The translations under genes and the position numbers were made by a program. 64,000 bases of DNA, taken from contig JBALDB010000067.1 in the NCBI GenBank assembly GCA_036918135.1, positions 128,001 through 192,000 of the forward strand, read 5' to 3'. The stretch is from Nostoc sp. (GTDB taxonomy: Bacteria; Cyanobacteriota; Cyanobacteriia; Cyanobacteriales; Nostocaceae). The notes below the pieces were generated by a model. It saw only the letters and a program-made list of their open reading frames with translations. It did no database searches and was not told where the DNA came from. Every line of letters starts with the position of its first letter. Position 1 is the first letter of the stretch. This document shows, in pieces, positions 60,883 through 64,000 of the stretch.

Positions 60883-63800
60883 GTTGCGATGCCTAATTCT
60901 CTGAATGGTTCAGAAATAGCAGTTATCGGCTTAACAGGGTGTTTCCCTGGAGCAAAAAATATTGATGAATTCTGGGAAAATCTCCAACAAGGTAGAGAAT
61001 CAATCTCTGTTTTTACTGACGAAGAACTGTTGTCATCAGGTATAAGTTCGTCAACATTAAATGATCCTAATTATGTAAAAGCACACGCTATATTAGAAGA
61101 CGCAGAATTATTTGACGCTTCATTCTTTGGCTTTAATCCCAGAGAAGCAGAAATTACCGATCCCCAGCATCGAATTTTTCTAGAGTGTGCTTGGTCAGCT
61201 TTGGAAAGTGCTGGATACGATTCGCAAACTTATAAAGGTGCTATTGGTGTTTATGGTGGCTCTAGTTTGAGCAGCTACTTACTTAATATTTATCTAAATC
61301 AAAATATTATAAATTCTATCGATCCTCAACAACTGACAATAGCAGCTAATAAAGATTATTTAACTACTCGCGTTTCTTACAAACTCAATTTAGAAGGGCC
61401 AAGTTACGCAGTGCAAACTGCCTGCTCAACTTCATTAGTTGCTGTTCACTTAGCTATCATGAGCTTGCTCAATGGCGAATGTGACATTGCTTTAGCTGGT
61501 GGTGTTGCTATTAATGCAGAAAGAAAAGCTGGATATATGTATACAGAAGGAGGAATAGCGTCTCCTGACGGACATTGCCGTACCTTTGATGCTAAGGCAA
61601 AAGGGTCTGTAGGCGGTGAGGGTGTGGGCATTGTAGTGTTGAAGCGATTAGAAGATGCTTTAAACGATCGCGATCGCATTCATGCTGTAATCAAAGGATC
61701 GGCAATTAATAACGATGGTTCATTCAAGGTAAGCTACACAGCACCCCGCATCGATACTCAAGCAAAGGTGATTAGAACAGCCCAAATCGTAGCTGAAGTA
61801 GAACCTGAGACAATTACTTACATTGAAGCTCACGGTACAGCAACAGTCTTAGGAGATCCCATCGAAATTGCCGCCCTGACACAAGCTTTTCGCTCTAGTA
61901 CCCAAAAGAAAGGATTCTGCGCCATTGGTTCGGTTAAAACCAATATTGGGCATTTGGATACTGCGGCTGGTGTAACGGGACTTATCAAAACCGTTCTAGC
62001 CCTCAAGCACAAACAAATACCACCCAGCTTACACTTTGAGCAACCTAATCCGGAAATTGACTTTGCTAATAGTCCCTTTTACGTCAATACTACACTTGCC
62101 CAATGGCAGACGCATGGCACACCTCGACGTGCAGGAGTTAGTTCTTTTGGACTTGGAGGAACCAATGCCCATGTAATTCTTGAAGAAGCCCCAATTGTTG
62201 AACCTTCCAGTTCCTCTCGGACTTGGCAGTTGTTGATGTTATCTGCCAAAACAAGTTCAGCACTGGAAACGGCTACCACAAATCTAGCTAATTACTTCCA
62301 AGAGCATCCCGATTTAAACCTCGCGGATGTAGCTTATACATTACAAATTGGGCGCAGAGCTTTTGAGCATCGGCGCACAGTTGTCTGCCGAGATATTCAA
62401 GATGCTATCGACGCACTTCAAGATTCCAAACGAGTTCTCACCAGTACTCACAAAACTCAGGAACGCTCTGTTGCTTTCATGTTTTCTGGACTGGGAACCC
62501 ACTACGTTGATATGGGTCTCGAACTTTACCAAACTGAGCCAACATTTCGTGGCTGTGTTGACCAATGCTGCGAACTTCTCAAATCCCACCTAAGTCTGGA
62601 TTTGCGAGATATTCTGTATCCCAATAGAAACAGTGAGAATGGAAATAAATCAAATACTCTCTCTGGTGGGCTAGATTTGCGAAAAATGCTCGGTCGAACA
62701 ACGCAACCAGCAGATGTAGCCACGCAAAAACTCAATCAAACCGTTTATACCCAACCAGCTCTGTTCGTGATTGAATACGCTTTAGCTCAATTGTGGATAT
62801 CCTGGGGAATTCGTCCTACGGCAATGATTGGCTATAGCATCGGTGAATATGTCGCAGCAACTCTAGCAGAAGTTTTATCTTTGGAAGACGCTTTAACCTT
62901 GGTAGCTAAAAGAGCGCAAATGATTCAACAGTTGCCTGAAGGAGCAATGTTGGCAATTGGGCTTTCGGAAGCGGAAATACAGCCTTTGTTAAATGAAAAG
63001 ATTTCTTTATCTGCAATTAACGGCTCATCATTATGTGTGATTGCAGGTGCTACCGATGCTATTGAGGAAGTAGAACGACGGTTGAGTGAAAGAGGTTTAA
63101 TTGGTAAACGTTTACAGAGTTCTCATGCTTTTCATTCTGTGATGATGGAAGCGATCGCACCTAGCTTTTATAATTTAGTTCAAACATTCACTCTCAAACC
63201 GCCAACAATTCCTTATTTATCCAACGTTACCGGAACTTGGATTACAGCAGACCAAGCAACAGATCCGAGTTATTGGGTACAGCACCTCTGTCAAGCAGTA
63301 CGCTTTGCTTCGGGAGTGCAACAATTATCGCAAAAAGATAATCCGATTTTATTAGAAGTTGGCCCCGGTCAGGCATTGAGCAGTTTCGCACTGCAATGTC
63401 TAGAAAATGAGGATAGAACAACATCGGTGATATTGCCTTCCCTGCGGCATTCTTACGAGCAACAATCAGATGTTGCATTTTTAATCAATACATTGGGTCG
63501 CCTGTGGTTGGCTGGGGTAAAAGTAGACTGGTCTGGTTTTTATACCCACGAAGAACGCGGTCGCATTCCCTTACCGACGTATCCTTTTGAACGTCAGCGT
63601 TACTGGATAGATGCTAACCCTGAAGCTAATTTGGCAACGCCACTACAGAAAAAAACTAATATTACCGACTGGTTTTATATGCCCTCCTGGAAACGCTCTC
63701 CACAGATAACAGCAAAACCAGCACAAAAGTTATGTAATTTAGTATTTATTGATACTAATTGTATAGGTTCAGAAATTGTCAAACAGTTGGAATTACAAGG

Positions 63801-64000
63801 ACATGATGTCATTACTGTGACTGTTGGAGAACAGTTTACACAACTGGGGCAACGCCGTTACGCAATTAATCCCCAAACAAGTAGTGACTATGATACTTTG
63901 CTCAAAGAACTTGATTCATTGGATTTAAACCCAAATGTCATTAGCCATTTTTGGAGTCTCATCCCTAACGCCCAAGGAAAATTAACTCATCAGTTCTTTG
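60877..64000 (+). CDS. Type I PKS module KS-AT-(KR structural region...), 3'-partial; absent from the ORF track
   Basis: ATG at 60877 gives MSVAMPNSLNGSEIAVIGLTGCFPGA; VQTACSTS, HGTAT, NIGHLD, AMIGYSIGEY, SHAFHS, LPTYPFERQRYW, DWFYMPSWKR; open to the window end. Confidence 0.93.
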   Translation, partial: MSVAMPNSLNGSEIAVIGLTGCFPGAKNIDEFWENLQQGRESISVFTDEELLSSGISSSTLNDPNYVKAHAILEDAELFDASFFGFNPREAEITDPQHRIFLECAWSALESAGYDSQTYKGAIGVYGGSSLSSYLLNIYLNQNIINSIDPQQLTIAANKDYLTTRVSYKLNLEGPSYAVQTACSTSLVAVHLAIMSLLNGECDIALAGGVAINAERKAGYMYTEGGIASPDGHCRTFDAKAKGSVGGEGVGIVVLKRLEDALNDRDRIHAVIKGSAINNDGSFKVSYTAPRIDTQAKVIRTAQIVAEVEPETITYIEAHGTATVLGDPIEIAALTQAFRSSTQKKGFCAIGSVKTNIGHLDTAAGVTGLIKTVLALKHKQIPPSLHFEQPNPEIDFANSPFYVNTTLAQWQTHGTPRRAGVSSFGLGGTNAHVILEEAPIVEPSSSSRTWQLLMLSAKTSSALETATTNLANYFQEHPDLNLADVAYTLQIGRRAFEHRRTVVCRDIQDAIDALQDSKRVLTSTHKTQERSVAFMFSGLGTHYVDMGLELYQTEPTFRGCVDQCCELLKSHLSLDLRDILYPNRNSENGNKSNTLSGGLDLRKMLGRTTQPADVATQKLNQTVYTQPALFVIEYALAQLWISWGIRPTAMIGYSIGEYVAATLAEVLSLEDALTLVAKRAQMIQQLPEGAMLAIGLSEAEIQPLLNEKISLSAINGSSLCVIAGATDAIEEVERRLSERGLIGKRLQSSHAFHSVMMEAIAPSFYNLVQTFTLKPPTIPYLSNVTGTWITADQATDPSYWVQHLCQAVRFASGVQQLSQKDNPILLEVGPGQALSSFALQCLENEDRTTSVILPSLRHSYEQQSDVAFLINTLGRLWLAGVKVDWSGFYTHEERGRIPLPTYPFERQRYWIDANPEANLATPLQKKTNITDWFYMPSWKRSPQITAKPAQKLCNLVFIDTNCIGSEIVKQLELQGHDVITVTVGEQFTQLGQRRYAINPQTSSDYDTLLKELDSLDLNPNVISHFWSLIPNAQGKLTHQFF

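Noticed and set aside
61446..63478. Short ORFs listed in the track in this interval
   Set aside because: They are shadow frames of the long plus-strand PKS starting at 60877
28417..64000. Assignment to anachelin, cyanochelin or puwainaphycin clusters
   Set aside because: No salicylate or heterocyclisation domains, no Asp modules and no aminotransferase/monooxygenase PKS-NRPS hybrid are visible; the rest of the cluster is outside the window, so no name is assigned

Overview
AT-rich DNA with many HIP1 octamers (GCGATCGC) and short tandem/dispersed repeats, consistent with a filamentous, probably Nostocales, cyanobacterium. Bases 1-20.3 kb are mostly housekeeping or accessory: a hybrid histidine kinase (5'-partial), a GldA/F/G-like ABC operon with a DUF4340 gene, purU, DUF3140 and DUF2945 genes, an MFS transporter, MscS, a deleted DUF2254 pseudogene, a polysaccharide deacetylase, an M41-like Zn protease, a GGDEF protein, a Cu chaperone and alaS. 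An OLD-like ATPase/TOPRIM gene follows. From about 22.1 kb to beyond the window end lies a large hybrid NRPS/PKS lipopeptide cluster. Its order is MbtH, a CBF-beta-like small protein, a VOC protein, two tandem DUF3102 proteins fused to an apparently dead DNA-methyltransferase fold, FAAL-ACP-C-A-PCP, KS-AT-MT-KR-ACP, a glycerate-derived (FkbK/J/I/H-type) extender cassette with no O-methyltransferase but with an inserted JmjC oxygenase, C-A(basic)-MT-PCP-E, C-A(Ser)-PCP-C-A(Thr)-PCP, an AMIN-TonB receptor and a second PKS that is missing from the ORF track. The receptor sits between two degenerate copies of the NRPS-PKS junction. The most notable items are the putative iron-linked lipopeptide pathway with two atypical AT domains, the DUF3102/pseudo-methylase pair and the CBF-beta-like MbtH neighbour. 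All calls are from reading motifs by eye; no searches were run.
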